The notes: a model not told the origin generated them from the sequence alone. Positions 1 through 10,256 are shown, counted from the stretch's first letter. The stretch is DNA of 64,000 bases from Myxococcales bacterium (GCA_003170275.1 PNAM01000053.1:1-64000); one strand, 5' to 3'. Numbers and translations: made by a program.

Positions 1-4
1 GCCG

Positions 5-565
5 ATGCCGGCGATGCCGGCGATGGTGCCGCGCGCGGCCGCGCCTGCGCCGATCGCGTCGCCACGCGCGCCGCGGGCTCGTCCGACGGTCGTGGCCGCT
101 GCTCCGCTCCCAGCCGCGCCTGCGGCGCGATCGCCGGAGGTGTCGCCGATCGTCCCGGTCGCGCCGGTCGTCGAGGATGCGCTGGTGCGCGAATCGCAAG
201 TGGTCGCGGCGGCGATCGAGCGCCTGCGCCGCCATCGCGATCCGGCCGGCGCGCTCCAGCTCCTGGCGCGTCATGGCGTCGAGTTTCCCGACGGTGGGCT
301 GCGCGCGGAGGCGACCTCGGTTCGCATCGAGGCCCTGCTCGCCGCCCAGCGTCGCGCCGAAGCGCTGGCGCTGCTCGACGGGCTCGAGCTCGAAGCGACC
401 CCGCGCGGCCCGGCGCTGCGCGTGCTGCGCGGCGAGCTGCGCGCGTCGGCCGGCCGCTGTCCGGAAGCGCTCGCCGATTGGGCGCAAGCGTTCGATCACC
501 TGACCGGCGAGCTGCGCACCCGCGCGCAACGCGGTCGCGAGCACTGCGTTAGGGCCCGGCAATGA
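5..565 (+). CDS. C-terminal part of a Pro/Ala-rich protein with a TPR-like helical tail (resembles myxobacterial anti-sigma-like proteins); probably starts left of the window
   Basis: Pro/Ala linker followed by 'ALQLLARHGVEFPDGGLRAEATSVRIEAL', a pattern typical of myxobacterial ECF-associated proteins. Confidence 0.5.
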   Translation: MPAMPAMVPRAAAPAPIASPRAPRARPTVVAAAPLPAAPAARSPEVSPIVPVAPVVEDALVRESQVVAAAIERLRRHRDPAGALQLLARHGVEFPDGGLRAEATSVRIEALLAAQRRAEALALLDGLELEATPRGPALRVLRGELRASAGRCPEALADWAQAFDHLTGELRTRAQRGREHCVRARQ

Positions 566-701
566 ATGACTCGATCGATGTGCTGCCGCTCCTTCACCGT
601 CTCCGTCGACAGCCTTCAAGGAGTTAGCGAGTGACGGCTGGCAGCCCGCTGGTTCAGACGACGGAGTCATTCGCAAGGTGTTCGACGCGGCCTGGCCTGT
701 C

Positions 702-830
702 TGGAGTTGCCCCTGTCAAACCGGACACCCGACTGGGTTGAGTTAAGCACTACCACCAGCTCGCTGCAGAGCCAGGTACTCGCGCGGCGAGCGCATCTTG
801 AGGGTGGGGAAGAGGTCGAGCAGCAGCACG
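702..830 (-). mobile_element. IS3-family remnant: terminal inverted repeat plus the last ~25 codons of a transposase
   Basis: TGGAGTTGCCCCTGTCAAACCGGACACC (702-729) resembles IS3/IS150 ends; the minus frame ends 'TLKMRSPREY...GGSA*' (stop 743-745) just inside it, like the OrfB 'SLGYxSPxEFE' tail. Confidence 0.5.
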
Positions 831-1134
831 TGGACGGTGGCGGGTTCGCTGTCGATGCCGTCCTCTTGGCCTCGCAGGAGGGGAGGGCGTGGTCTACGAC
901 CACGAGACCTCGACGGTGATCCAGGTCTTTGGATACTCGGCACTCGGGCCCCGACTTGAACCCACCAAGCATCCCGCAGTGTCACCGGGGGCGGCGTGGG
1001 CGGGTGCCAACCTCAGTGGCCTTGATGGGCGGTAACTGTCGGAGACGCTCCAACTGATGCATTAGCGATGCAATCCGTGGGCGGCCGATCATAGAAACTG
1101 AACCAACTCGGGCGGATAGGGCGGGTGACGCGGT

Positions 1135-1181
1135 GATTGAAAATCCGCGTGTCCCTGGTTCGATTCCGGGTCCGAGCACTA
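1135..1181 (+). pseudogene. 3' half of tRNA-Phe(GAA), probably an att-site duplication
   Basis: GATT-GAA-AATC anticodon loop, T-arm CCTGG-TTCGATT-CCGGG, acceptor 3' strand TCCGAGC-A, then CTA instead of CCA; upstream sequence does not form a D-arm. Confidence 0.75.
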
Positions 1182-1190
1182 GGGATTTTG

Positions 1191-2243
1191 CTACCAGCGA
1201 CGAGAAAGGATCTCCTGCAGCGCCTGCGCGGCGACGTGCGCGCCGAGGACTGAGGGATGCATTCCATCGCCGATCGTATAGAGTGCCTTTGGACCGTCGC
1301 ATTCGCGGGCGCCAGACGGACAGCGACGGGCGTAATCCTTGCGGAAATACGGCGCAAGGGGAATCGGCTCGAAGCCATGCTTGGGCGCCAGCACCTGGAT
1401 CGAGTTTTCGGTTTGCGGGTTCACCGGATCGTTGATCGCTGCATCGAGAAATTCCGGCCACAGCGCGATCAGTGTCCCAAACCGTTGCGTTCGCGAAAGC
1501 TCGGCAAGCCGACGAAGGCCGCAATTGACGTTGTCGCCACCGAGGGCGTCCCGATTGCGGCGCGTCCGTTCCGTTGGGTCGACCTCCTCGCGAAAATGGA
1601 ACAGGTCGAAGCGGAGGCTGCAGAAGCGTACTAGATCCGAATGGAGGAACAGCCAATCCAATGCCGGCCGGCGGCGAACGTAGTGATCGACCTGCGAGTT
1701 GAGGTCGTAATAGTCGTTCATCACGAAGAGGAGCACCACCGTTTCTGGCTGGTACTTCACCCCTTTCTCTTCGAGCAGCTCGACCTCGCTCCGCGTGCAA
1801 TACCCGCCGACGCCGAAGTTGAGCACCTCCACGTTGCGCCCCGCGAGCTCCCTCTCCAGTTGGCGCGATATGGTGTCGTCGACGCTGAAGATGCCGTGGC
1901 CCGCCACGACCGAATCCCCCAGCAGCAGGATCCGGTGCCAACCCGGGTGCCGCGCGCGTGTGCGCTCAACGTCGCGCTGTCCGTCCGCGTTCGTCGATGG
2001 AAACGACTCGTGCAGATCAGGAACGTCGGCGTCTCGGTAGTTCTCCTTCAAGACATAGCCGAGCAGGGGATTGTCCGAGACGCGATAGGCGGTCTTCTCG
2101 ATCCCACTGCGCATCCGGTACACCTTCGGCGCGAGCCCCAAGAGTCGCACGCCGCCCTCCAGGCCACCGACAAGGATAACCAACGGAAGCCCGATGCGGG
2201 CGATCCAGACGAGAGCGCGTCGCTTGGCGGAACGGACGATCAT
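1191..2243 (-). CDS. SGNH/GDSL hydrolase-family protein, N-terminally membrane-anchored
   Basis: TM helix; LLGDS, NFGVGGY and DGMHP blocks. Confidence 0.85.
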   Translation of the reverse strand: MIVRSAKRRALVWIARIGLPLVILVGGLEGGVRLLGLAPKVYRMRSGIEKTAYRVSDNPLLGYVLKENYRDADVPDLHESFPSTNADGQRDVERTRARHPGWHRILLLGDSVVAGHGIFSVDDTISRQLERELAGRNVEVLNFGVGGYCTRSEVELLEEKGVKYQPETVVLLFVMNDYYDLNSQVDHYVRRRPALDWLFLHSDLVRFCSLRFDLFHFREEVDPTERTRRNRDALGGDNVNCGLRRLAELSRTQRFGTLIALWPEFLDAAINDPVNPQTENSIQVLAPKHGFEPIPLAPYFRKDYARRCPSGARECDGPKALYTIGDGMHPSVLGAHVAAQALQEILSRRW

Positions 2244-2694
2244 GGGACGGCGCGATGCCAGTAAATCGCTACTTCACGCGTAGGAAATCTGATCTCCGCC
2301 ATTTTTTCATTTTGCCGGGAAAGGACGCCCCTCTAAATTAGGGATTGTTGGACCGTGACGGGGAATGTCAATTGGAATCGGGGGTGATAGGTGGCGTAGC
2401 GCTTGTAGAGCCAACGTTCCGTTTGCTCCCGCCTGATAGGTCGCGAGGTCCATCATGCCGGTGGCCTGGAAGTGGCTGACCGCTTCGGTCAGCCTGCGCA
2501 CCGTGAACGCGTCGGGGCTGGCCTGGGAAAGCGTTCTGCGTGAACGGAACGCAGCTCGCGACCTGCACGCTCAGGTGAGCGGCAATGAATGACGAGCAGG
2601 AGCAACCCATCTCCGTGGCGGCGGCGCGTCGCCGTCGGGCTGCGCCGAGTGCTGGGCTCGCCTCCGGGCGCGTGAACGGGTATATGATCGTGGG

Positions 2695-3432
2695 ATGCGG
2701 GTTACGCTCCCCCTGATCGCTGGACTGATCGCAGCGTCGGGATGCGGCTCCAAGACGGCCGCCATGGATGCGGGCGCACCGGATCTGACGCCTCCGCCGA
2801 TGGTGACCGAGCACGGCGTGATGCTCGACTACCAGAGCCTGATGCCGGTCGCGGGGCTCACCATCACCGACGGCGCCGCCAGCACCATGACCGACGCGCA
2901 GGGCATGTGGATGCTCATGGTCCCGGCCGGCCCGTTGGCGCCGGTGGTGACCGGACCGAGCTACAGCCAGGATGTCTTTCCCAGCTCGACGAGCGCCGCC
3001 TCCGATGTCGACTTCGGGCCGCAGGTCATTCCGACCGCCTCGGCCTACAACCTCGAGCAGATCTTGCTCTCGAACGATAACACCAAGGCGCTCGTGCACC
3101 TGGTCGCCCTGCCGAGCACCACCTGCACCGATCCCAGCGGCGGCACGGTGAAGGTGCTGTCCCCGGCCGGCGCGATGGTCGCCTACTTCGCGGCGTCGAG
3201 CGTGCCCGATCCGGCGCTCACCGCCACCCAGACCGTCATGGCGCCGCGGCCGATCGCGGTGATCTTCAACGTGACGCCGGGCGCGGACGTCAGCTTCGAG
3301 TTCCACCATCCGACCTGCACGCAGGTTCCCTATCCGGCGACCTTCAACGGCAAGGTCCTCTCGGGAAAGGTCCCAACCACCGCCGCCGAGCCCAACCACG
3401 TGAACTCGGCGCTCGCCATGATCTTGCAGTAG
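2695..3432 (+). CDS. Lipoprotein with a beta-sandwich (carboxypeptidase-regulatory-like) domain
   Basis: Signal peptide and lipobox ASGC; high-GC3 coding frame. Confidence 0.7.
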   Translation: MRVTLPLIAGLIAASGCGSKTAAMDAGAPDLTPPPMVTEHGVMLDYQSLMPVAGLTITDGAASTMTDAQGMWMLMVPAGPLAPVVTGPSYSQDVFPSSTSAASDVDFGPQVIPTASAYNLEQILLSNDNTKALVHLVALPSTTCTDPSGGTVKVLSPAGAMVAYFAASSVPDPALTATQTVMAPRPIAVIFNVTPGADVSFEFHHPTCTQVPYPATFNGKVLSGKVPTTAAEPNHVNSALAMILQ

Positions 3433-3505
3433 CCACCGCGCCCACTTCCACTAGAAGGCGGAGAACCGCGGGCGCCGGCTGAACGCGCCAGCCTTCGCTG
3501 GACGC

Positions 3506-3658
3506 ACCGTGGTCAGTGCTGATGAAGCGAACGTTCTTCAGTGTGCCGTCCTTGAAAGTGAGAGTCCGAATGAAGTCGCTTGGCCCGAGATTGTAGGTCG
3601 CGTCACCGACGCTGACGAGGCGGTCTCCGCAGCGCATGCCGTCTGCGTAGCACGCCGT
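3506..3658 (-). pseudogene. DUF2845-like gene relic with an internal deletion
   Basis: N-terminal motif 'DGMRCGDRLVSVGD' joined directly to C-terminal motif 'TYNLGPSDFIRTLTFKDG'; no signal peptide or proper stop. Confidence 0.55.
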
Positions 3659-3700
3659 GCGAATAATTGAATAATCCTCGAAGGCGGTCGTCCAGCATCC

Positions 3701-4042
3701 ATGTACGCTCGATGGGCCGCACTCGTCTTCTGCTTGCCTTGCACCGGGTGTCTCTTGACCAACTCGGTTCACATCGGGCCGCCGCAGGCGCCGAGAGGGG
3801 AAGGCTGCGCCGTCACGTTCGAGCAACTGCGCTATCAGGATGCGATCAGCAACTACGATCAGGTGGGCGCCGTGTGTGCCAACGTGACCGAGGGCGCCGC
3901 TGATCGCTACGAGTTCGTGAGGCGTGGCGTTGCGGAAGAAGCATGCGGCCTCGGCGGGGACATGGTCACCGTGGTCGGCACCTGCGCCGTCGGCAAGGTT
4001 CCCGGCGTTGAGTACGGCGTGTTTCGGCGCCGAGGCACGTGA
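3701..4042 (+). CDS. Small Cys-containing lipoprotein
   Basis: Signal peptide and CTGC lipobox; 'EEACGLGGDMV' resembles YbjQ/DUF4156-like small domains. Confidence 0.6.
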   Translation: MYARWAALVFCLPCTGCLLTNSVHIGPPQAPRGEGCAVTFEQLRYQDAISNYDQVGAVCANVTEGAADRYEFVRRGVAEEACGLGGDMVTVVGTCAVGKVPGVEYGVFRRRGT

Positions 4043-4477
4043 TGCGCAGGTCGCCCGTCGCCAGTTTCGCCGGTCGCGTCCGCGAGCCGAGGCTGACCAG
4101 TTGCAGGGCATGCTCGATGAGGCACAGCAGCGCAACGTCGCCACTTATCCCGTCGGTGATTTGGCGACCTACCTGATCGAGATCGAGAATCGCAAAACGC
4201 TGACCCGCAGCGACGGGGAACGTGTATCCTGATGGGGCGTGCCGGACCCGTTTCAATGCGACAGAACCCGTCCTGAGTTGACAGATCCGGCGTTATCGCT
4301 CCCCACCCGCCTGCTTGGCTCAGCTCGACCCGCGCAGGACGTCTGTGTTCCACTGCCGTGTCCCTATGACGCCGGAATGGCCACCGTCACCTGCCGCAAC
4401 GGCCCAGCGTGCGATCCCGCGAACGGCCAGTGCGTCGCCGCCACGAAAGCGATCAGTCAGTTGAATTGAGGAGCGCG

Positions 4478-5863
4478 ATGGCCGATGAAACGCGGCAGGA
4501 CGATCGATTGGCGCTTCTGCATCCGGATGTCGTAGAACGGCGCGCCGCGCTCGCGCAGAAGTTCGCCGCCGCCGAGCCGTTTCCCCACCTCGCGTTCGAT
4601 GCGCTCCTCGCGCCCGAGCTGTGCGCGCGGCTGGTGCGCGAGTTTCCACCGTTCGAGCGCGGCGACGCCACCGACGACTACGGGCGCCCGGGCCGGAAAG
4701 CGGCCGTTCACGACCTCCGTGGGCTCGGCGGCGCGTACGCCGAATTCGATGCGCTGATCGGTGACCCGGCGTTCCTGTCGCTCCTGACCGAGCTGACGGG
4801 CTTTCGCGACCTCGTGTACGACCCGGAGTACGCCTCGAGCGGCACGCACGAAAATCTCTCCGGGCAGGCGCAGTCGTACCACGTCGATTTCAACGAACAC
4901 CCCCGCGGCTGGCAGCGCGTGCTCAACCTGCTCGTCTATTTGAATCCGGAGTGGGAAGAGTCGTGGGGCGGCTGCCTGGAGCTCTGCGATTCGCCGGTCG
5001 CGCCGACCAAGGTGAGCCGCATCGTCCCGCTCTTGAACCACGCGGTGCTGTTCGCGGCGAGCGAGCGTTCGTGGCACGGCTTCCCCGCGCCCATCGCGCC
5101 GCCGGCTGAGCGCGTGCCCTCGCGCCGCTCGATTGCCGTCTACTTTTACGTGAAGACCCGCGATCAGGTCCCGGCCCACTCGACACGCATCGTCGACGTG
5201 CCCATTCCCGGGCAGATCCACGCCGGCACATGCCTGTCGAACGACGAGACGGAGACGATCATCAGCCTCCTCCTGCACCGCGAGAACCACATCCGCCGTC
5301 TCTTCGAGCGCGAGTCGCTCTACCTGCAGTCGATCCACAGGCTGCTGTTGCAGCGGCTTTGCTCCGTCGACCACGCGCTCACCGCCGAGGAGGCGGAGCT
5401 GTTGCGCTTTCCGTTCGTCGAGATGGATCGCCACGTGGCGGAGCACTATCGGCGCGAGCTGGCGCTGTCACGAGTGGAGGCGCGCATCGCGGCGCTGCCG
5501 CGGAGGGAGATCGGCGGCCGGTTCGATCTCCACGGACAGTCGGGCGTGACGCACGATTCGTGGGTGGGGCCTCGCCTGCGCGCCTGGGGGCGTACCACCG
5601 AGCGCGTCGGCACGGTGGAGGTTCGCGGCTCAACCCCGTCGGGGATTCCGGAGCAGACGCTCATCCTCGCGATCGGCGGAAAGCAGTGGGAGCGCGTGGT
5701 GCGAGGAGACTTCGCGTGGCGCGTGGAGATCGAGCCGATCGACGCGGGGCGCGAAATCACCGTCGAGATCGAAGCGGCGCGGATGTGGCGTCCATCGTCG
5801 AGCGGTGGATCGACCGATACGCGCGATCTTTCGTGGCTCCTACGCGAGCTCCGCATCCTCTAG
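4478..5863 (+). CDS. 2OG-Fe(II) oxygenase (prolyl-4-hydroxylase-like) with a C-terminal beta-sandwich domain
   Basis: PFPH, HVD, LNLLVYLN..W...WGG.LEL, SWHG and RRSIAVYFY motifs; GAGGAG RBS before ATG 4478. Confidence 0.85.
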   Translation: MADETRQDDRLALLHPDVVERRAALAQKFAAAEPFPHLAFDALLAPELCARLVREFPPFERGDATDDYGRPGRKAAVHDLRGLGGAYAEFDALIGDPAFLSLLTELTGFRDLVYDPEYASSGTHENLSGQAQSYHVDFNEHPRGWQRVLNLLVYLNPEWEESWGGCLELCDSPVAPTKVSRIVPLLNHAVLFAASERSWHGFPAPIAPPAERVPSRRSIAVYFYVKTRDQVPAHSTRIVDVPIPGQIHAGTCLSNDETETIISLLLHRENHIRRLFERESLYLQSIHRLLLQRLCSVDHALTAEEAELLRFPFVEMDRHVAEHYRRELALSRVEARIAALPRREIGGRFDLHGQSGVTHDSWVGPRLRAWGRTTERVGTVEVRGSTPSGIPEQTLILAIGGKQWERVVRGDFAWRVEIEPIDAGREITVEIEAARMWRPSSSGGSTDTRDLSWLLRELRIL

Positions 5864-5914
5864 GGCCCGTCGACGTTGACATCTTCTCCCGCGATGGGAC
5901 AATCAACGTCCTAA

Positions 5915-7387
5915 GTGCCCGGGAATGGCGATGCGCAAGTGACGCTGAGGTCGCGGCGCTGGGTCACCATCGCGATCTGCGCCGCCCCGATCGCGCTTTG
6001 CATCGCGGTCTACTGGCCCGGGATCTTCGCCTGGTTCCAGATGGACGACTTCTGGTGGCTCTCACGGCTCGGCGCCGCCGGACGAGACGGCTTCTGGCAG
6101 ACGCTGCTCACGCGGCCGGGCCACGGGACCTATCGGCCGCTCAGCGAGCCGGCGTTCTTCATGACCTTCGAGTATCTCTTTGGCCCGCGACCGCTCCCGA
6201 TCCGGATCTTCGTCTTCGCCACCCAGTTCGCGAACCTGCTCCTGCTCGGATCGCTCGCGCGCCGATTGTACGGCTCGCAGCTGGCGGCGCTGATCGCGCC
6301 CATCGTCTGGCTCGCTCATACGTCGCTGGCAGGTCCGCTGGTGTGGAGCTCTTCCTACAATCAAATCCTCGGCGCGACGTTCCTCCTCGCCGAGCTGTCG
6401 CTGTTCGCGCGATTCGTCGACACCGGCAGGCGCTCCGCGTGGGTCGCCGAGTGGTTGCTGTTCATCGTCGGGTTCGGGGTGATCGAGACCAACCTCGCGC
6501 ACCCCATCCACGCCATCGCCTGGGTGCTATGTGTCGCGCCGAGCGATCGGCGTCGCGCGCTCTTGCGTCGCACCATCCCACTGATGGCTGCCTCGGCGGT
6601 CTACGCGGTCGCGCACCTGGTCCTCGTGCCGCGGGTCGGCCCTTACACGATGGGCGGTCACCTCGTTCCGATGCTGAAGAGCGCATACGGATACTGGATG
6701 TGGACGGTCATCCCGATGCAGCTGATCTTCGAAGGCGCGCAGGCGGTGCACCACGTGATCGCATGCGCGGCGTTCGCCTGCCTCGCGACGTACACGCTGT
6801 GGCGCGTGCGTAGCGGCGACCGCCGCCCCCTCCTGGGATGGGTGTTCTACCTCGCCACGCTGGCGCCCTATCTCCCACTCGTTCAACAGCGCACGCCTTC
6901 CTACCTTTCGATCCCCAGCATCGGGCTCGGCCTCATCGCCGCCGACGCCATCGTCGCGCTTCGGGTGCGGCGCGCCGCTCTCGTCGGTGCGGTGCTGATC
7001 ACCGCGGTGTATCTGCGGTTCATGTTGCCGACGGCTCACGCGACCGTTCGCCTCTCGGCCCAAGACACCCATGCCGTCGAGCGAGTGGTCGGCGGGATCC
7101 TGGATCTGCGACGCACGCGGACCGAGCCGATCCTCATCGACGGCGTCTCCGAGACGGTCTACAACGCGGGATTGGCGATGAGCCCGTTTCGCTGTCTTGG
7201 CGTTCCGGATGTCTACCTCACCGACAACGCCATCGAGGAGCTGCACGCACTGCCGGGGGTCGCGCCTCCGAGCGAATACGCGGCCAATCCCGCCGACGTC
7301 GCGCGCTGGCGCTGGGCGCACACGTTGTTGGTTCTCTCTGCTCGCGGTGATCGACTGGTCGACATCACCGGGGTATGGCAGCCGTGA
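5915..7387 (+). CDS. Multi-pass membrane protein, GT-C glycosyltransferase-like
   Basis: First loop 'FQMDDF...YRPL', about 11 TM helices, soluble C-terminal domain. Confidence 0.65.
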   Translation: MPGNGDAQVTLRSRRWVTIAICAAPIALCIAVYWPGIFAWFQMDDFWWLSRLGAAGRDGFWQTLLTRPGHGTYRPLSEPAFFMTFEYLFGPRPLPIRIFVFATQFANLLLLGSLARRLYGSQLAALIAPIVWLAHTSLAGPLVWSSSYNQILGATFLLAELSLFARFVDTGRRSAWVAEWLLFIVGFGVIETNLAHPIHAIAWVLCVAPSDRRRALLRRTIPLMAASAVYAVAHLVLVPRVGPYTMGGHLVPMLKSAYGYWMWTVIPMQLIFEGAQAVHHVIACAAFACLATYTLWRVRSGDRRPLLGWVFYLATLAPYLPLVQQRTPSYLSIPSIGLGLIAADAIVALRVRRAALVGAVLITAVYLRFMLPTAHATVRLSAQDTHAVERVVGGILDLRRTRTEPILIDGVSETVYNAGLAMSPFRCLGVPDVYLTDNAIEELHALPGVAPPSEYAANPADVARWRWAHTLLVLSARGDRLVDITGVWQP

Positions 7388-8391
7388 AGCGCCGTCGCCT
7401 GCGCTCGCTTCTCACCTACGTGCTCTCGGGAGCGCTGACCCTGTTCGTCATCGAGACCGGCTTTCGCCTGCACGCTCACTTCGCTCCGGCGCCGGTGTGG
7501 ATCAGCGAAGACCACTACGCCGAAAATCCACGCGGCTACTTCCGTCCTTGTGAACGGCCGGGCGTATTCTGCCCCAAGCTCGATCGCTCCATGCATGGCT
7601 GTGATGCTCCGGTCGAGCCCGGCCAAGGACAGATCCTTTTTCTCGGGGACTCGTTCACGTATGGCCAGGGCGTCAACGCCGAGGACACGTTCCCGTCGAG
7701 GATCGAGTTTCCGGGCCGTCAGCGACGCAATTGCGGCGTCAGCGCTTACGCGGTGGATGACGTCTTCCGAAAGTTCACCGTTCAGCGCAGCCGCTATCGG
7801 CCGGAGCTCACGGTCTACGCGCTGGTGTTGAACGACTTCGGGCTCTCACCCGATCCCGAGGCGTATCGGGACTTCGCCGAGCTCGACGGTCCCAGCAACA
7901 TCGAAGACTACATGAACTTCCGCACCATGAACCTCGACCGCTACCTCGCGACCAGGGATCATTCCCGGCTGGTGCGGTTTCTCCTCGAGACGGAGACGGG
8001 CGCCTGGTTCTATCGGCAGTCCGTAATCCGACGCGTGAGCAGGACCACGCTGCAGGCCTATCGCAACGCCTTCAACGATCCGGCGGCCTGGGAGCACGGG
8101 ATGGGCGAGATTCGCGCCATGGCGGCGGGGTCGGATCATTTTCTCCTGGTGGTGTTCCCGCTGTTCGCTCGCCTCTCGGGCTATCCGCTCGAGGACGTGC
8201 ACCGGAAGATCGTCGACGAGATGCACCGCTCGCACATCGAGGTGCTCGACCTCTTGGACACGTTTCGCGGGATGGACGAGTCGAAGCTGGTCGTCTACAA
8301 GACCGACTCGCACCCGAACGAGATCGCGCACGCCCTCGCCGCCGACGCGATCAAGCGGAAGCTCCAGCTCCTCGGCTGGCCCCCGTTCTAG
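7384..8391 (+). CDS. SGNH/GDSL hydrolase-family protein
   Basis: FLGDSFTYG, NCGVSAY and DSHPN; GTGA overlap with the upstream gene. Confidence 0.85.
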   Translation: MKRRRLRSLLTYVLSGALTLFVIETGFRLHAHFAPAPVWISEDHYAENPRGYFRPCERPGVFCPKLDRSMHGCDAPVEPGQGQILFLGDSFTYGQGVNAEDTFPSRIEFPGRQRRNCGVSAYAVDDVFRKFTVQRSRYRPELTVYALVLNDFGLSPDPEAYRDFAELDGPSNIEDYMNFRTMNLDRYLATRDHSRLVRFLLETETGAWFYRQSVIRRVSRTTLQAYRNAFNDPAAWEHGMGEIRAMAAGSDHFLLVVFPLFARLSGYPLEDVHRKIVDEMHRSHIEVLDLLDTFRGMDESKLVVYKTDSHPNEIAHALAADAIKRKLQLLGWPPF

Positions 8392-9686
8392 ACCAGCGGC
8401 GCGGCGTGCACGGTTTCCAAGGTCCAGGGAAAGCCGGCGTCGCGGATCAATGGGATCAGGTTCGGCTCGAGCGCGGCGAGGCTCTGCCCGCGCGAAGAGT
8501 CGAGGTCGTTGGTGAAGAGCATGAGCTCACGCAGTTGCTCGTGATCGATCTCGCTGCCGTCCGCGTCGAGCTCGGACGCGAGGCCGAGCGCGGTGCCGCG
8601 ATTTGTCTCCGACGCGCACTCGTCCGCGTACGCGCGTAGTCGCTCGCTCGCCAGCCGGCGCACCGTCGGTGGCAGCACAGTCGGCCGCAGGTAGCGTGGA
8701 TAGAGGAGCGACGCCGCGCCGAAGGGAAGGCCGTGAGCGTCGAGGTAGCGAAACAGCTTGGGAAGGTGCAGCACGTTGTACGCCTGCACGGTGATGCTTA
8801 TGGAGCAGCACGCGTTCGGAATCTTCCGATACTCGGCGAGGTTCTCGACCAGCTTGCTCCATCTGGCGGGGTGGCGGATGTACTCGTAGTGCTTGCCCTC
8901 GCCGTCGACGCTGATCCACAAGTTGAGCTGCTTGAACTCTTTGGCCAGCCCGAGCCAGCGCGGCCGCGCGATCGTGCCGTTGGTGTTGAAGCAGAGCGTG
9001 ATGTTCCGAGCCGCGCCGGCGTCGACGAGGATCTGGATCACGTCGCCCACCTCTCTGATCAGGAATGGCTCACCGCCGAGGATGTAGAGATTCTTCACCT
9101 GCTCGGGATTGCGCAGCAGCTCGCCGACTACGAACTCCTTTTGTTGGAACCAGTGAGCGCTCCCGGCAAAGCGATTGTGCGGGACCGGCTCGACCTCTTC
9201 GGTCCACTGGCTGGCCCATTTCTGCTGGATCGGGTCGCGCTGGATCCGCGAGCTCGAGAGGCCATTGCACATCCGGCATTTGAGATTGCAGAGGTTGCCG
9301 ATGTCGAGCTGGTAGCTGGCCGGTCCCTCCATGCGGTAGCCGCTCGCCACCGACCTGCGGACCAACGAGTCGACCGAGAGGAGCTCGTCGCCGCCCGTCT
9401 TCGCCGCCCACTCCACGTTCTCCGCCATCCGCTTGCTGCGACCGCCGAGCCGCTCGATGCGATTGCAGTACTCGCATCCCGCGACTTCCTTCCCCTCGAC
9501 CATGTCGCGACGGATGGTCACCATTTCGTCGGAGTTCCAGATCGCGTCCAAGGGATCGCCGTAGACCGACCAATGGTGGCCGTCCTTTTTCCACAGTCCC
9601 CCTTCGAACGCGCAACAGACCTGCGGCCGTCCGTTCGATCGGATGTGAAGGTGGGTGAACGGCAAGACGCAGACCTTGTCGGACAT
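8388..9686 (-). CDS. Radical SAM protein with an N-terminal SPASM/twitch-like domain
   Basis: CVLPF..CC..CEYC N-terminal domain, CNLKCRMC, GGEP, NTNG, ISVDG; real start MSDKV at 9686 (the long ORF upstream is a shadow). Confidence 0.9.
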   Translation of the reverse strand: MSDKVCVLPFTHLHIRSNGRPQVCCAFEGGLWKKDGHHWSVYGDPLDAIWNSDEMVTIRRDMVEGKEVAGCEYCNRIERLGGRSKRMAENVEWAAKTGGDELLSVDSLVRRSVASGYRMEGPASYQLDIGNLCNLKCRMCNGLSSSRIQRDPIQQKWASQWTEEVEPVPHNRFAGSAHWFQQKEFVVGELLRNPEQVKNLYILGGEPFLIREVGDVIQILVDAGAARNITLCFNTNGTIARPRWLGLAKEFKQLNLWISVDGEGKHYEYIRHPARWSKLVENLAEYRKIPNACCSISITVQAYNVLHLPKLFRYLDAHGLPFGAASLLYPRYLRPTVLPPTVRRLASERLRAYADECASETNRGTALGLASELDADGSEIDHEQLRELMLFTNDLDSSRGQSLAALEPNLIPLIRDAGFPWTLETVHAAPLV

Positions 9687-9731
9687 CGGACCGATCATAC
9701 CGCGGGTTGACTGAAGGGGGTGCCGAAGCGG

Positions 9732-10244
9732 ATGATTGCCCCAATGCCAAGAGCGCTCTTGATCCTGTTCGCCGTCGCTGGCAGCTGCGAGACGCCGCCG
9801 CCGCCGCAAGCGCCACCGCCGCTGCATCGCGCGTTCGAGGCGATGGTGGACGTGGCCGACCCCGACGTCGAGGTGCAGCTGGTGAAGGGCTTTCACAAGA
9901 TCGAATGGGGGAGCGGCCGCTGGACGAAGCAGTCCTTCACCGTCTCGCTCAAACCGCCGCGCACGGCGCACGAGCGGGGCGCTACGCTGCGGGTCAAGCT
10001 CGATCTGCCGCGGGCCTTGATCGAGCAGGAGGAGAGCGTCTCGCTGGCGTGCACCATCGACGGCAAGGGGCTGACCGAGGAGCGCTGGAAAACTTCCGGC
10101 GCGCACGTCCTTACGCGCGACGTTCCGGCGCTCACTGCCGATCCGGTAGCGGTGACCTGTACCGTCGACAAAAAGTACACCGCGCCCGGCGATTCGCGAG
10201 AGCTCGGTGTGGTGCTTCATGCGATCGGCCTCGAGCCGAACTGA
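9732..10244 (+). CDS. Lipoprotein with a putative carbohydrate-binding-like beta-sandwich
   Basis: AGSC lipobox; 'GFHKIE..GRWT' and 'DSRELG' motifs. Confidence 0.65.
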   Translation: MIAPMPRALLILFAVAGSCETPPPPQAPPPLHRAFEAMVDVADPDVEVQLVKGFHKIEWGSGRWTKQSFTVSLKPPRTAHERGATLRVKLDLPRALIEQEESVSLACTIDGKGLTEERWKTSGAHVLTRDVPALTADPVAVTCTVDKKYTAPGDSRELGVVLHAIGLEPN

Positions 10245-10256
10245 AGACGCCGTGGG

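Noticed and set aside
1106..1181. Functional full-length tRNA-Phe
   Set aside because: No D-stem, broken anticodon stem, A1-C72 mismatch and a CTA end
2307..2640. Short ORFs and AT-richer tract between the SGNH and lipoprotein genes
   Set aside because: No recognisable protein or RNA motif; likely promoter or relic DNA
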